64,000 bases of DNA, taken from the human T2T-CHM13v2.0 reference genome, Homo sapiens. This document shows, piece after piece, positions 36,003-61,879 of the stretch. The position numbers and the translations under genes were made by a program. Numbering within the stretch: the first letter of the stretch is position 1; each line of letters begins with the position of its first letter. The stretch lies in assembly GCF_009914755.1 (NCBI RefSeq), contig NC_060931.1; one strand, 5' to 3'. The notes under the pieces are model-generated. The model saw only the letters and a program-made list of their open reading frames with translations, did not search any database and was not told the origin of the DNA.

Positions 36003-37053
36003 TGAACTTCCTGAAATAAGTTGAGGTATAAATGAGTAAATATCCAGTGCTTAATAATCAAAATGTCTAGGCAATCTCTAAGGTTCTCACATTGATAGTC
36101 TATGATATTCTATGCATCTGGGAATAGGCAGGTCAGAAGTAAAGCTTCTTGTCTCATATACCTTTTTAAAAATTGTGGTAAAATATACATAACAAAGTTT
36201 GCCATTTTAATCCTTTTTAAGGCATACACTTTTTAAAAAGGTATAATATGAGAGCTCCTTGAGAATATACAACTGAACCAAGAAAAATCGATGTCTTAGC
36301 CATGTCTCAAGTTTGGAATTTGACCCACCTGGGCCTTAGTTTGTTGTTGGGTCTTCACCAGCTGGCCTGTTTTCACAATTTGGAACAAAGCGCATTAATA
36401 ATATGCCCTACTTGTATAGACAGCATGGATTACCCCACTTCCTACTGTCACTCTTGGTAACCACAAATTCTTGATTTAAGTAAATTTTTGAAAAGGAAAT
36501 TCAGTGATGAAATTCCTTGTAATTCTCATGCTACCTGTGATTATAGTTAAGCAGGGCAGAAAAAAAAAGTAATCTACTTAATACAGGAGACTCATGATAT
36601 ATGCTGACTTTGACAGTCTTTGATTTAGGAAGTTGGGGAAAAAGGGGGAGAAGAAACTAGTTTGAAATTGGCTAGGGTTTTTAATCATTTATATAACTCA
36701 AGACAGAAAAAAGTCTGAGTGGTTTTATAAGAGAGTTTACAGAGGTTGCTTTCTTTTTCAGTCAAAAGGAATGAAAAAAATGCTTTATATTTATTTAGTA
36801 TTTAAATGGCTCACTAGTGGTAAACACGAGGCTGCTCTTGGCTGGAGGCAGCCAGGCTGGGGAGCTTGGCCACCTTGAACTCTGAGTTCCCTTGGAAAGC
36901 AGAGGGCATCAAAGTATCAGCACACTTGTAACCATTCACAGCGAGTGAGTCAGGAAGCCCTATTTTGGCTCTGCAGTGTGGTTGACAGCATAGACTTTAG
37001 AATGTTCAGATTTATAGCATACTATTTTTTCCTTTCCTGCTGCTCAACTGTGA

Positions 37054-37357
<304 letters not shown>

Positions 37358-38489
37358 ACGATATCACATATTTTTGGTCTTTCTTATGGCAGTACCCTTC
37401 TTCATGGCACCACACCTGGCTAGCATGGTATCAATTTTTGCATTATTAGAGTAGATTCAACTACTATAATAAACAGAACCAAGATGTAACAGCCAAAAAA
37501 AAAAAAAAAAATCGAGTTTCTGATGCTTATATCAGTCCAGCAGGGTATTCCAGGATGGTGGGGCTCTCCTCCATGGATGACTAAAGGACTCAGGTTCTTC
37601 TGTCTGCTGGCTCTATTACTGGGTCCTGATCAACAGTGCAACTGTCTAAACTGTCTTCTGCACAGCACCAGCGTTATCTTCTTTAGGCATACTTTGATTA
37701 CAAACTATACAGAATATTTATGAACGATACAGAATATTCAGCAGGGATTTCAGATAATATGGAGGCTACATAATAATATAGAAAATTTTCATAATAAGAG
37801 GATATTATGGGTGCTTTTTTCTTCAAAATGTTTTTTTCAATCAAATCAGAAAAATTAAAATTAGCATCAAACAAAGGTGAGCTTGTAAGAATACATTGAG
37901 ACATCTTTTCAGATTAAGTTCAGAAGTCCTCTTTTTTACCTTATATGAAATTACATACCAAATGATTAATTTAAAAATTAGAATGACCGTGAATTTACCC
38001 TATGCTGTATATTGTACTTGGTGCTATGAACGCAGAAATACTAAGACAGAGTCCTCAGCCTAAATGAGTTTAATAAGGAAACCTGTTAGCTTACTCAGAT
38101 TTTTCAAGTTTGATTAACGAGGAACAATTTTCACATGGAGAAAAAGTTGTCAAAACTTCCAAGTGTCCATTTCACTCACCTACCTCCCAACTCACCTTTT
38201 CCTAAGAGAGATTCCCAGCTTCACCCCACAATGGGGTGAAGACGCATTGAGGACAGAGACCTCCCTGATCTATCTCTAATGCTTTGGCCTCGTCATAGGT
38301 ACAACGAATCTCTGAATTCTGTGACAAGCCTGGTGGCATCTAGCTGAAACAAACACAGAAAGAAATGTACAACTAGATCTGACAGAAGAATATCGTTTAC
38401 TCATCTTCCCCTTTTTCCTACAACAGGTTGGCTTCCCTAGTCTGTCCTATTTGACAGCGTAGAGGATCATTTTTTATTCTGATAGCACT

Positions 38490-39505
<1,016 letters not shown>

Positions 39506-40105
39506 TAAAACACTCTTATCGGTGGGACAGCCCACTGCTGTCCCACTCATAGGAAAATCCTTCCTCTGCCTCTGTTTGTCCACCTTAGTCATTAGGCCCT
39601 CACTCCTCTGTGGAATTTATATATGTTCAGACTGTTAAATTGCAGATTTTCACAGGTGATGAGTGGCCTGTGGTGAGAGGTTGTCTTAGTCTGAATTTCC
39701 AAGAAGCAGAGCCCAAGACAAAAGCTTGCAGGAAAATGGCTTATTTTTTGTGTGAAGCAAGGCACAGAGGTGTGTGATATGGGGAACAGGACAGGAGCAG
39801 CTCCAGGAAGTTGGTTCCTAGCCTCTCTTCTGCCCTGTGATAGCAGCGTCTCTTCTACCTTCCACCTTTGTGTTGAATATTTCTCATTTCTCCCCTGGGC
39901 TTCTGAGTTATTCTCTCTTCCCTTCCCCAGGCCATTTTAATCTGGTCTCCTGGAAGTAAGAATCTTGCCCTGCACCTTTCTTTCCAAAAAATGAATCTTT
40001 TTCTAGTACTGAGACGGGTAGATTTTTTGAATTTTATATCTGCCCCATTGTGGGCTTGTTCTGGGGAAAAAAATGAGGCAGAAGAGGGAAAAGGAATGGA
40101 ATACA

Positions 40106-40407
40106 AGCTGGGAGCGTGGCTCATGCTTGTAATCCCAGCACTTTGGGAGGCCAAGGCAGGTGGATCACTTGAGGTCAGGAGTTTGAAACCAGCCTGGCTA
40201 ATATGGCAAAACCCTGTCTCTACTAAAACTACAAAAAAATTACCTGGGCATGGTGGTATATGCCTGTAATCCCAGCTACTCAGGAGGCTGAGGCAGGAGA
40301 ATCGCTTAAACCCAGGAGGTGGAGGTCATAGTGAGCCAAGATCGCGCCACTGTACTCCAGCCTGGGCCACAGAGAGAGACTCTGTCTCAAAAAAAAAAAA
40401 AAAAAAA
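40106..40407 (+). mobile_element. AluS
   Basis: Dimer; TSD aaaaggaatggaata. Confidence 0.9.
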
Positions 40408-40792
40408 GGAATGGAATATAGAGCTGAACATCCACGAAGCAGAGACTAGGGAGCCATGGAAAGCTCTTGTGTAGGAAATGAATGATTAGCTGTGTGACTC
40501 CCTGAACACGTTGTTTTAATTCCCGGGACCTTCACTTTCTCATTTCTTAATTAATGGGTTGAGCTTTCTAATCTATAAAGACTCTCTTGGGCCTAAAACT
40601 CAATTTGTTGAAGAGAAAGGAGGTGGCAAAGGGAGGGTGGCAGTGTGCAGGATGGATTAAGGACAGCCAGAGTTATAGAGCGCTGATAAAGATTGTCATA
40701 GGAGGCCAGTCACCAGGGGATGGTGTTAGGACTGGATGGAGGTGGTGGCCAGAAAGATGGAGAAGAAAGAAAAGATATATAAGAGACATTTT

Positions 40793-41173
<381 letters not shown>

Positions 41174-42556
41174 TTAAAGTTCCGAGTTTGGATGATTGAA
41201 AGTAGAAGCCAAGAGCCCCACCAGACCTGGAGTCAGAAGATCCCGGGCCAGGTACTAATGAGTTTGTGTGGCTTTGGGCAAGCCGAAACAAAGGAAAAAC
41301 AAAGAACATTTCTGTCTTTCACAGGAACTGGAAGATAAAAAACCAACTGGCTAGGTAGGGAGGAGCAGGACCTATTGTGTAGGTCAGATGTGCTGAGTGT
41401 GAAGTTGCAGAGGGACTGGAGCTTGGGATTGAGTGAGATTTAGCAGTCATTCATTCATTCAAAACTTGATGAGCATTTACTATGTGTGAAGCATCAGTTA
41501 GATAGGAGAGTTGAGTGGACAGATGGGAAGGGTTTGGGGATTACTAAGAGGCAAGAAAAGGAATTTCAGGGATTTTCCATGGCTAAGGATTGGGATGAGA
41601 AAGAGGGCGGTGAAAAAACCCTTGGAGTGATTAGAGAAGCAGGCACGGAAGAAAAAGAAGCAAGGGAAGATGTTTAAAGAAGGATGTTCACAATGCCAAG
41701 ACCACAGAGATTTCAACAGGGGAAGAAAAATCTGATTTGTGGGAGCAGTTTTAGGAAGTGCCATTTTCTAAGGCAACCTTGAACTCCCTCTGCTAAATCT
41801 TTCACAAAATTTTATGTGAAATATGATGTTTGTGAAAACAAAACATTTTGCAAGCGACGACTATAATGCAGAGTGTCTTTTATGTTTATTGGATTAAAGA
41901 TTTTCCGATCAAGGAGAAGAAATCTACGGCTGTCTAAGAGAGGGAGATCTTACAAAATGAAACTGTCAACCAAAGTTTCTCTCAGTGCAAAAATTACTAA
42001 TAAAATAAAATCTTACTTGTCAAGAGCCAACCATAATAACATTTTTGTTGCTGTTATAATTTTTTTTTCCAAATCATAATCTTGCCTTAGAGGCAAGCAC
42101 AGCTGTAACAAATAAAATTAACTAAGTGGAAAACTGAAACTGCCATCTGACCCCAAGGCTCTATTTTATGATCTGTGAAAATTGGGAGAAGCTTTCTCTC
42201 TCCAGGTCGAACCTCTTGTCATTGTTGTTATCATTGTTATCATTGTTGTTGAAATGGGACTGAGACAGAGACTGGCTGAAAGGAGGCTCCAATCCCTTTC
42301 TTTCCAACCAAATGCAGAGTCAAGTATTAACTGGATGTTACAGGCCCTGCTCCTGGCCTCTGCCTGAAGGAGCGAGTCTTCATTTCCCAAATAGCCCAAA
42401 GCACCAGAACCTGGGCACATAGGATGGTGGTGAGGTCTGTCCCCACTCTAGGCTCCTGAGACTCTGCCAGTGTGAGCAGGTGACTATTCCAAAAAAGGAA
42501 GAGTATTTTGATTCCTTTTTATTGCTTCTTCAGGGCAGAAAATGTGAGCTAAATGA

Positions 42557-42905
<349 letters not shown>

Positions 42906-43446
42906 TAATAGAAGTATTTTTAAAATGAGCATCACAATATTTGTAGAGAAATTTTTCACAGGAAAATTGCAAATATCACAAGCACTCTTCTGTGTAACAA
43001 CAATCTTGTAATCTGTGTCCTGGGAAGGTACACACAGACATTGGCAATGCTTCCCTTGAGAAAATGACATCATACTGAAGAAACTTCTTGTCTGACCTAT
43101 AATATATATTACATATGTATTATGTAATATTTCATATTAATATATTTAATTATTTTATATTTATTATATTTATACATGATTGATATCCAACATATTTTCT
43201 ATTTAAGTTATAGTAATATAACTAATATTCTATTAACATATCAAGATCTACAGTTGATCAGCTGATCAAAAATTTCAGTTAAAGAGGAGGATCATTAAAA
43301 TAGGTATGTACATATCTTCAATATCTTATCATGTAACATATAAATGCACATTTATTTTGCCAGTCATCTGAGGCAGAGCCAAACAAAGTTTCATCTTCAC
43401 TGTCATCTGTTGACTCGTGTACTGCCATCTTTCTTGCATAAATCAC

Positions 43447-43850
43447 TTTCTTTCTTTCTTTCTTTCTTTCTTTTTTTTTTTTTTTTTGAGAAGGAGTCTC
43501 ACTCCGTCGTCCAGGCTGGAGTGAAGTGGCATGATCTCGGCTCACTACAACCTCTGCCTTGCAGGTTCAAGTGATTCTCCTGCCTCAGCCTCCTGAGTAG
43601 TATAAAAAATTATAGTTGGATAGGAGAAATAAGTTCAAGAACTCTATTCTACAACATATTTACTATAGTTAATAATACTATATTGTATTCTTGAAAATTG
43701 CTGAGAGAAGATTTTAAGTGTTCTCATCACACAAAAAAAGTGAGATAATACATATGTTAATTAACTTGATGTAGCCATTCCACAATGTATACATATTTTA
43801 AGACATCATGTTGTACACAATAAGTATATATAATTTTTGTCAACTAAAAT
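43447..43850. mobile_element. Truncated Alu (minus, 43447-43600) abutting an L1MA-type 3' end (plus, 43601-43850)
   Basis: Alu stops at ctgagtag; L1MA motif gaaaattgctgagagaagattttaagtgttctc follows. Confidence 0.75.
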
Positions 43851-44057
43851 AATTGTTTTATGAATATCTATTATTTAATTTCATTTTAAGACTTCAAGTT
43901 TCCCCCCCAAATTTTTTGGGCGTAATTTTAAGTAGACATAGTTTATAAAACAATTGTCATTGAAAACTTGATTTATAAACTTGGAAGCCATTTACATTCA
44001 CCTAGTTTACTTGTTTTTAGCAATTATGCTTGAATTGCTTCTTAAACAAAACTAGCC

Positions 44058-44620
<563 letters not shown>

Positions 44621-45567
44621 TAGTTTTTGTAAAATAATTAGTTAATTTAAAAAACAATAAAAGACTTCGATTGCTGTGAAAAAAGTAATATTTGCTCATA
44701 AATGATATAATCCAAATACATATATTAATTGCAAATATTAAATATTCTCCAACATCTCTCCATTCTTCACACTTGAGGTAACCAAAGCTAATAGTTGATG
44801 TATAACCTTATGTGTATATATATACATATACATACACACATACATATATACATATGTATATATATTTGTGTGTGCATATATATACATATATACACATTTA
44901 TATACACACACAAATATTTATGGGTTACATTTGATATTTACAAATATAGAATCATAATGTACACATTACTTGCAATTTGCTTTTCTCAATATTTCATGTA
45001 TGTCTTTTCAGGCCAATAGATACATTTTTTAGGATATAAATTTGGTTGCTACATTAAAGAGATAACAAAATACAGAAACTTATATGAGATATAAGTTTAT
45101 ATATCTCCCAGTTGAAAATGTGGATCAGTGATTCAGGACTGGTATAGTAGTTTGACTATGCTGGAGACCTATGTCCTTTCATATTGTGGCTCAACAAAAA
45201 GCTTCCATCTCATTATTCAAGACAGTTACTCCAACTCCTTCTATCATGTCCCATTTCAGTCAGTTGGAAGAAAGATGGAAAGGAGGACAAGCTCCTTCCC
45301 TTTAAGAGCAAGGCAGCCTGGGCACTTTGGCTCATGCCTGTAATCCCAGAACTTTGGGAGGCCAAGGCAGGAGGATCACCTGAGCCCAGGAGTTTGAGGC
45401 TGCAGTGAGCCATGATTACGCCACTGCACTCCAGCCTGGGAGACAGAGCCAGACCATCTGTCTTAGCAACAACAAAAAAAAGAGCAAGACAAAAATTTGC
45501 ATATATTCCTTCCACTCACATCCTATTGGCTGGAACTTAGTCACATAACACCGCCTAGCCAAGGAAG

Positions 45568-45917
45568 TGTATTAGTCCGTTCTCACATTGTTAAAAAGAA
45601 TTACCTGAGACTGGGTAATTTATAAAGAATAGAGGTTTAATTGGCATACGTTCCACAGGCTGTACAGCATGGCTGAGAAGGCCTCAGGAAACTTACAATC
45701 ATGGCAGAAGGTGAAGAGGGAGGAGGCAGGAGGAAGAGAGATGGGGGAGGTGCTACACACTTTTAAACAAGCAGATCTCAGGAGAACTCTAACAGGAGAA
45801 CAGCAAGGGGGAAGTCAGCCCCATGATTCAATCACCTCCCATCAGGCCCCTCCTCCAACACTGGGGATTACAATTTGACATGAGATTTGGGCAGGGACGC
45901 AAATCCAAACCATATCT
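45568..45917 (-). mobile_element. MST (MSTA-like) solo LTR
   Basis: tgtattagtccgttctcac...caaatccaaaccatatct; 5-bp TSD GGAAG. Confidence 0.9.
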
Positions 45918-46319
45918 GGAAGGCTAGGAAATGTAGTCTTTCACTGGGGGAAAAAAATCTAATATTATGTAAGAAGAGGGGAATTGATATTGAGGGACAA
46001 CTAGCAATCATCTGTCATGTGGATATAGATTCAACTCATTCATTTCAATAGCTACAAAATATTCCACAGTGCAGGAATATTCAACCATTCCTGTTGATGA
46101 TCATTCAGTTTGCTTCTAATTTAATTTTGCCATTGCAAAAAATACTGCAGTAACCATTAATATATATATATCCTTATGTACAGGTGATTTTCTCTTAGTG
46201 ACAGAGTTCCTGAAATGGGATTAGTGGGTCAAAGTATAAATGTATTTTAAGATTTTATAGAGTGTTCTGATCCTGGCTTGGTCCACCCCATAAGCCCTGT
46301 ACAGTCTCTTTCTTCTGCT

Positions 46320-51080
<4,761 letters not shown>

Positions 51081-52047
51081 GTGAGTTAATATGTAATAAA
51101 TATTGCCTGAATATTTTCCCACAGGTTTTAGCAAAACCCATTCCCATGTATGGAGAGTGCTTATTTCCTTCAGAGCACTTCTTTCTTCAAAGGTGGTTTG
51201 GAAGACTAAGAGGTTCATGAATGATCTCTGTGGTATAAATGCCTTAGAAGGGGAAGTATGTATAACAGAAATAGCACGGGATTTGGGGCTACCTGGTTGT
51301 GTAACATTGAAGAAGATGCTCCACCTCTCTAAGTTTCACTTCCCCATTGAAGGGTCACCACTGAAGCCTCTGGTGTCCAACTATCTGGTTTCCAATCCTG
51401 ATGCCATCACTCACCAATATGTGATCTTGGCAAGTGAACTAACCTCCCTTTGCTTCCCTTTCATCATCTGTATAGTCACAGTAATAATAATACAGGTTGG
51501 TATATGTCCTGGCTCGCTTGGGACAGTCCTGGCTTACCCTTGTTCTTCCACTATGATTATTAATAATATCCTGGTTAGGGTGATAAATGGTGTGCTCAGT
51601 CTAATAACAGTAGCTATGTATTACAGGGTTGTTAAAACAATTAGGCTAGTTGTTACGGATAAAGTGTTTTAGAATGGTGCCAGGCAGCCAGGCTCAATCA
51701 ATATTGGAGTGCCTGCTAGAGTCCAGTTACTTTTCTAGGGGCTAGGATATGGTGGTAAACAGGGCAGACACTACACTCAGAGCGTCTGGGGTGTGGCAGA
51801 GTGGCTAAGTGCACGGGCTCTGCTGCTAGCCTACCTGAGTGTGAATCCTGGCCTGTTCCCTATTAGCTATGCAGCCTTGAGCAAGTGATTTTACTTCATA
51901 CCTGTAATATGAGTTGCTATGAAGATCGAATGGGTTAAAATTTGCAAAGCACTTAGATCAATAACTGGCATATAAGTGCAACTAAATACTTGTTAAATCA
52001 AATAAATATAACAATTCTAAATGTTGGAAAGATTAAATGCATTAGTA

Positions 52048-53350
<1,303 letters not shown>

Positions 53351-56085
53351 TTAGCAAAGGTCTTGAGGTGAATGTTGCATTTCAGTGTGTTTGCTAGAGG
53401 ACAGCTAGCAAACTTCATTTGCTAGATCAGGCCAGAACAAGTACACATAACACACTATCAACACAAATGTGAAGAAGCTAGATTGCTCCATTATTAGAGA
53501 TAGAAAAGCTGTAATAGTGAAAACTCTAAAGATCACGTATAGAAAATTGCAGTGACAGGAAAAGACCCTGAAGCTGCTGAATGCTAGGTACACAAGTCAG
53601 CCCTCCTCTTTTGTGGGATAGGATAACACACCCTCCCAAGTGCGCCACTCACAGCTTAACTATATGTGACTTAGTGCAAGGGCCCTCCTCACCATTCACC
53701 CCCAGCTTTGACAGATTTCAACCCCATTATTGTTACCAACAACCATAAGCACAGAAGTGTTTTCTTTTCTCATTGTCAAGGGAGTCCAGACATTCCTGAT
53801 AGCAAATGTACGTGTGTCAATGTAACCTTGACAGACGGAAACTCAAACTCAAGTACAATGGCAACCTTTATATGCTGTAATATATGCACAATGATGGACT
53901 TGGTAATGCTTCTCCCTCGCCCCCAACTTCTTAGAATGTGCAAAATGTGCCTGTTAAATATCATAATCCTTTTTACTCTGAGCACCTTTTCCCCTGGAGC
54001 CTTGCAAGTGCTCTCCATATAATGGCCTATTTTTAAGAGTCCTCTTGAGACTGAAATGACATTCGGGCCTTAAATCTAATGATATCAGAGCCTGTCCTTA
54101 TTTTAAACATTTCTAATATGATCAGAAAGACGCCTGAAAAATGAGCTCTTCTTGCCCTTGGCTTCTCATGTGCCCTAGGGAAGTCCTGATTTAGAAGACG
54201 CCCCCCTAACTCAAGTGCAAGGTGCAACAGCTGCTGACATATGTGACTGTGAGCTGATGTTGAAAATTTCTGAGGCAGGGCACAAACCTTTGACCCATCT
54301 CCCAGGCTTCTCTGGATAAAATGTGGTTTTTTACAGATCAAAAAGGAGACAGATAAGAAAATGAAGACTGAAAATCTTAGAATTATGAAAGAGAGAATCA
54401 TATACATTTTCTCTTTAAATACTAATCATTTAAAATGTGTAATTTTAAGGATGCATTAAACCTGCTTGACTGTCCTCACAAGAGAAACTTCCTTCCTTTT
54501 CTTAATTCTGTTCCTGGACTTCTCCCCAGCTATATTAGCTACAGCCAGCAGTGAAGTCCCATTGAGTATTCTGTGCACTACTGGAAATCCTGTGATTCAC
54601 TCCGTGGGCAGTGCTGAATTAATTGTTAATCTGGTAGTGGGTGTTACTTTTTCTACTAGATTGTGAATTTCTAACTCTTGAGATGTCAGGTAAAAGCGCT
54701 TCTGAGAGAAGAAAAAGGATACAAGGACAAAGAATCTGAGATTTGCCTTCTCTCTGGAAGCCTTTTCATCTTGCCATAGGGAACAGTTGAACCATCAAAA
54801 GCCCATTTATAATTAGTGTTAGTGAAACCAGGGGCTTTGGGGAATATTGGTCGTGAACAAAGGCAAGATTGGCAAATCTTGTTAAATTTTGTTAAACGGA
54901 AGACCCAGGATTTTTAAAAGCTGAAATACAGAATATAATATTAGTAAACTCATATGATTCTGCTTAAGATAATTTTTAAAACAAATGTTAAAAGGGTAAA
55001 TTTTTAAAAAGAAAATTATATATATGTACTTTTATATATATGTAGGAACGTACATATATATACGTATATACATAGGCATGGACTTTTTCCTGGAAATTAC
55101 CATAGCTACAATATGTCACTGGTCTATATCATGTTAATTAGCACTTGATCTGTGAAAGAAATCTGAGCGTGAGGTAATTCAGCACTGTCACCCAACTGGC
55201 CACATTAATCTTGAGTATTTTCCCCAGGGGATTAAAATCTGTCACCTGATGTGGCTACCAAGGTGAAATACATCCTCTCTCCTATGCTTTGCTAAGGACA
55301 GAGAGGGGCCAATTTGAGCTGTGCTAGAACAGGTTTGTTTGAATGGAGCCAGCATGTGAGCCCACTCAGACAATGGTCTGAGTTCTTCATTGAAGTCGTC
55401 TTCTTCCTCTGGTTCCAGTGTAGCCAGTGATGCAATTTGGTTTGCCCTTTTGCAGTGAGAACCGATTGGCCATAAGGTACTCAGCCTACGTTTCCTGCTC
55501 AAATGCAAGCAAATCAGTTGATTTACCAGCTCTGAAAATGTTGTGATCTAAACTTGTGCTAATAGAAACCCAAAGAAAGTGACACACATAAGACGTGTGG
55601 AAGTGCCTAGGGCTTCTTGGCATTCAGGAGCAGGGGAGTAGAGCATGCTGTACTTAATCAGGATTCGATTCTGTAGCTCTTTACCATCTACGAAATTATT
55701 TTTACCACATCCTATTAAAATTGGGAGGCAGCCTTGTTTGGTAGGAAAAATATAGCTTTGGAGTCAAGCAGAGCTGTATTTGAACCCTGGTGCTGCCACT
55801 TAGAAACTCTGGGAGGGACCTCAGGCGCTGAGCACTTTACCCCCTCTAACCTCCATTCCTCATTGGTAAGTGTGGGTGATGATGTCCAGCCGATAGGGAT
55901 GCTGTGAAGGGTGAGAGATACCATATTCAAGTTCTTAGTAGAGAAGCTGATCCAAGGAACGTGCTTTGAAAACCAGTGACCTAGATCCTATTACCATCTT
56001 CCCATGTTTAGTCTTCTTCCATTCATGCTCATGTGGCTTGCTTTTTTTTTTTTTCTATCTTCTCCCGGGATTTAGAAATTACTTC

Positions 56086-56381
<296 letters not shown>

Positions 56382-57077
56382 GAAATTACTTCCTTGACAA
56401 AATCTCCTGTCTTGAATTACTAGTGCCTTTTTGCTGTTATGAATGGAATTTTTAATCATTTAAAATTTAACTTGGTGTAGAAATGCAGTTTATTTGCATA
56501 GGTGTATCTTATACCCTGCAACTCTGACTTTTTCATTTCCTTCATTTTGTCATTGTGGTTGTTGATTTTCCTAAGTATGTCAATAATTGTGTAATCAGTA
56601 CTTTAACCAAAAGGAAGTACAGTGAAAATAACTTTATTCCTTTCCCCCACAGGCTTAGTGGGACTGGTTCCTGCCCTTCCCTGTCCCGTGATTTCTCTGG
56701 CCAATCTTAATAATTGTTTCAGCTGCAACCCCAATTGGAACTCACACTGGCCAAAGTGGAGCAGCTCTTGGGGGCCCCCTGCTGGGCCAAGTGTGACCTC
56801 TTTAGTTTCTGCATGGCAGGGCTCATGGAGGGTTCCAGCATCAGGGTCATGGCAGCCAGGGCGGTGGGTGAGTGAACACCAGGGGTGCAGGCTGGGGCTA
56901 TTTACCAACTAGTACAGGAGATTTGAGTATTTTGACAATGGGTCCGGCCATAATGGTGTGGACTGGCTCAGTATCAGCTCTACTCTTAGGTAATAAAAAA
57001 AAATCCTCTGGTCTTGTCTAGGGCCAAGCCACTAGTTAAAATTTTATCTCATGCACTAGTCAAAATGCAAATCTTTA

Positions 57078-57472
<395 letters not shown>

Positions 57473-57839
57473 TCAGCCTCCTCTCTGTTTCCTAGCCTGC
57501 ACCGTCTGCTCCTCTTTCCCAGTCACCGTGGCTCTGGCAGCTCCACGTTTGACAGGGTGGAGAATGGGGGAAGAAAATGATCAGAAGCGGGAAAGGTGGA
57601 ACTTCACAGACACAGATGTAATCTGGCACTGCTGCCTCCTGAGGATTTAGTGGCAGGCAGGATCAAATGTTGATATTGCCGCCCAGTGGACACAAAATGT
57701 AATGCAGTACTTAGATCAGGCAGAGCTTTCTCCCCTCAGCCTGCAGCTGACTCAGTGGAAACACGAATACAAGCGTGAGCCACTGCGCCCGGGCTCAACC
57801 ACCTTTTTAAATGATATTTTTCTTTAACTGTAGACAACT

Positions 57840-58810
57840 GCAAGTATTTTTAAAAAGAGAAAGAAAGCAGTATAATGAAACTCCCTGAACCCATTACCTG
57901 GCTTCAACAATTATCAGTTTATGGTAATCGTCTCCATCTTGTCCACTCTTGTTTCATCTGTTCCCCAACCTACTCCTGGCCTTGCCTCTAGGTTATTTTG
58001 ATGCAAATCCCAGACATTATGTCATTTAATCTGTAAATATTTCATTGGAACACCTGAGAAAATCAAACACTTTCTTAATATCATCAGTTATTCATGCAGT
58101 CATTATTTACATTTTCCTAATTGCCTTATAAATTATTAAGTTAGTTGGCTTGAATTTGGACCCAAATAAAATCCATGCATTGTCATTGTTGATATGTTTC
58201 ATTTTTAAGTCTTCCAACAATAAGTTGCCCTCTATCTTTGTTGTTGTTGTTCTTACGATTTCTTGAAGAAATAGGTCATTTGTCCCGTGGACTTTCCCAC
58301 AGTCTGGGTTTTGTTCACTGCACCTATGTGGTCATTTCGTGTGTTCCTTTATCCCCTGTATTTCCTGTAAACTGTTGGTTGAAGCTGGAGGCTTCACTAG
58401 TTTTGGGATCAGTTGTGTTGGCAAGAAGGAGTTGCAGGTGGTATTCTGTATTCCTGTCAGAAGACAGAATATCCTGATATCTGTTTTGTTTTTGTGATGT
58501 TAGCCATCACTGATAATCACTGCTCAGATTCATTAATTCACTGAGCATTGGGAAATGGTGGCACCTGCTGCTCATGTATTAGCTTTCCAGGTAGTAACTT
58601 TTATAAAGAAAACTTTATCAACTTTTTGGTTACCAAGGTAAGAGTCCTTACAGGAAAGGCAGGACAAATAGTTGATCGTTTCTCTTTATTTACCAGTTTT
58701 CAAAAGCACTGTGTCAGTTTCCTGGCAGTGAGTTTTGTTTGTTTGTCTTAATATAATATTATCTTGAACTCATGCATTTAAACATATTTGATGTGTGTCA
58801 ATCTGTTGTA
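57840..58810 (-). mobile_element. Old L1M 3' fragment
   Basis: ggttattttgatgcaaatcccagacatt-type motifs. Confidence 0.6.
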
Positions 58811-58814
58811 GTGC

Positions 58815-59310
58815 TGTGGTAGACAGAATAATGCTTCCCCCAAAGAGATCTATGTCCTAATCCCAGGAACTTGTATGCTGTTATGTGGCAAAGAGGAATT
58901 AAGATTCCAGATGGAATTAAGGTTACTTATCAGCTGACCTTAAAATAGGGAGATTAGCCCGGATTATCCCAGTGGGCCAAACGTAATCACAAAGGTCTTT
59001 ACAAATAGATAAGGCAGGCAAAAGAGGAGGGCAGAGTGATGTAATATGAAGACTCTACCATTGCTGGCTTTGAAGATGGAGGAAGGTGGCCACCAGCCAA
59101 GGAATGCAGGCAACAACCTCTAGGAGCTGGAAAATGGCAAGGAAACAGATTTTTCCCTAGAATTGCAGGAAGGAACACAGCCCTGCTGACATTTTGATGT
59201 GAGCTCAGTGAGACATGGGTTGGATTTCTAACCTATAGAAGTGCCACTTTGTGTTGTTTTAAGCCACTAAATTGTGGCAATTTTTTACAGCAGCAATAGA
59301 GAACTAATAC
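58815..59310 (+). mobile_element. MLT1D-like LTR
   Basis: tgtggtagacagaataatg...ctggctttgaagatgga...cagcagcaatagagaactaatac. Confidence 0.85.
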
Positions 59311-59654
59311 CATTACTATCCTTATTGACACTCATATTAACCCATCTTTGGCCAGTGTTATCCTTTTCAAGTTGACTTCCAAGATGAGGGTTTTCTTGCT
59401 CCTGATATGACAAGATGTTCCAGGGCCACCTACAGGTTAACTGGTTAATATTTAACTTCTAACCCAACGTATCTGTTGAAACTTGTCCTCTCGAATGTCA
59501 TTGGTGATTTTTAAATGGAAAAATCCAGTCCTTGTCCTTTTTGTTTTTTTCTGCAGCATTTGATACTACTCTCTTACTCTTTCCTTTTCCAAATGACATC
59601 TATCCTCCCTATCCTGTCATTGCCTTTCTTGGGTTTTATTTCCTAGCTCCCTAA

Positions 59655-61007
<1,353 letters not shown>

Positions 61008-61296
61008 TTAATGTTTGTTTTGTTCTTGAGCACTCCATCCCTGGACACAGACACCCACGAGAAGCTAAATAATTGTCAGAGGTTGCTTTGTGAGTATGGA
61101 ACCAGAGCATAGGGGTTGGCTGATGTGAAGAGTTAATGGTTTTAGGGAAGTTAATGGTCTCCAGCTAAGACGGTGCAGGTCTTCTTATGGAATTGCAATA
61201 TTTGAAGTCATTGCTAAGGCTCCTCCTTCGCCAAGAAAGCTTGCATGGTCCCTACTGATGCTTCTGCAACATTTCTTTCTATGCTCCCATGCCTCA

Positions 61297-61630
<334 letters not shown>

Positions 61631-61860
61631 CCTTCAATCTGGTCTCTGGCAAATTTTCCAGGCACATAAAATCATAAAATTAACTGAGATGGATATCTAC
61701 TAAACTAGAGGTAGATATAACTAGGAGAGAAGCTATAAGTCTTTTTAACACTTGGTATAACTTTTAAGAAATATCGCTTGAAAACAACTATTTGTATACA
61801 TGCTGCTTATTTGTATACATGCTGCCACGCTACTTGTGGCCTGTGCATCACTGTGGAGTT

Positions 61861-61879
61861 CAGCGCCCTCTTGTGTTCA
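61861..61879 (-). promoter_or_regulatory. CTCF-like motif
   Basis: TGAACACAAGAGGGCGCTG. Confidence 0.45.

Noticed and set aside
51103-51672. 189-aa plus-strand ORF
   Set aside because: Non-ATG start, overlaps MIR fragments, no recognisable domain
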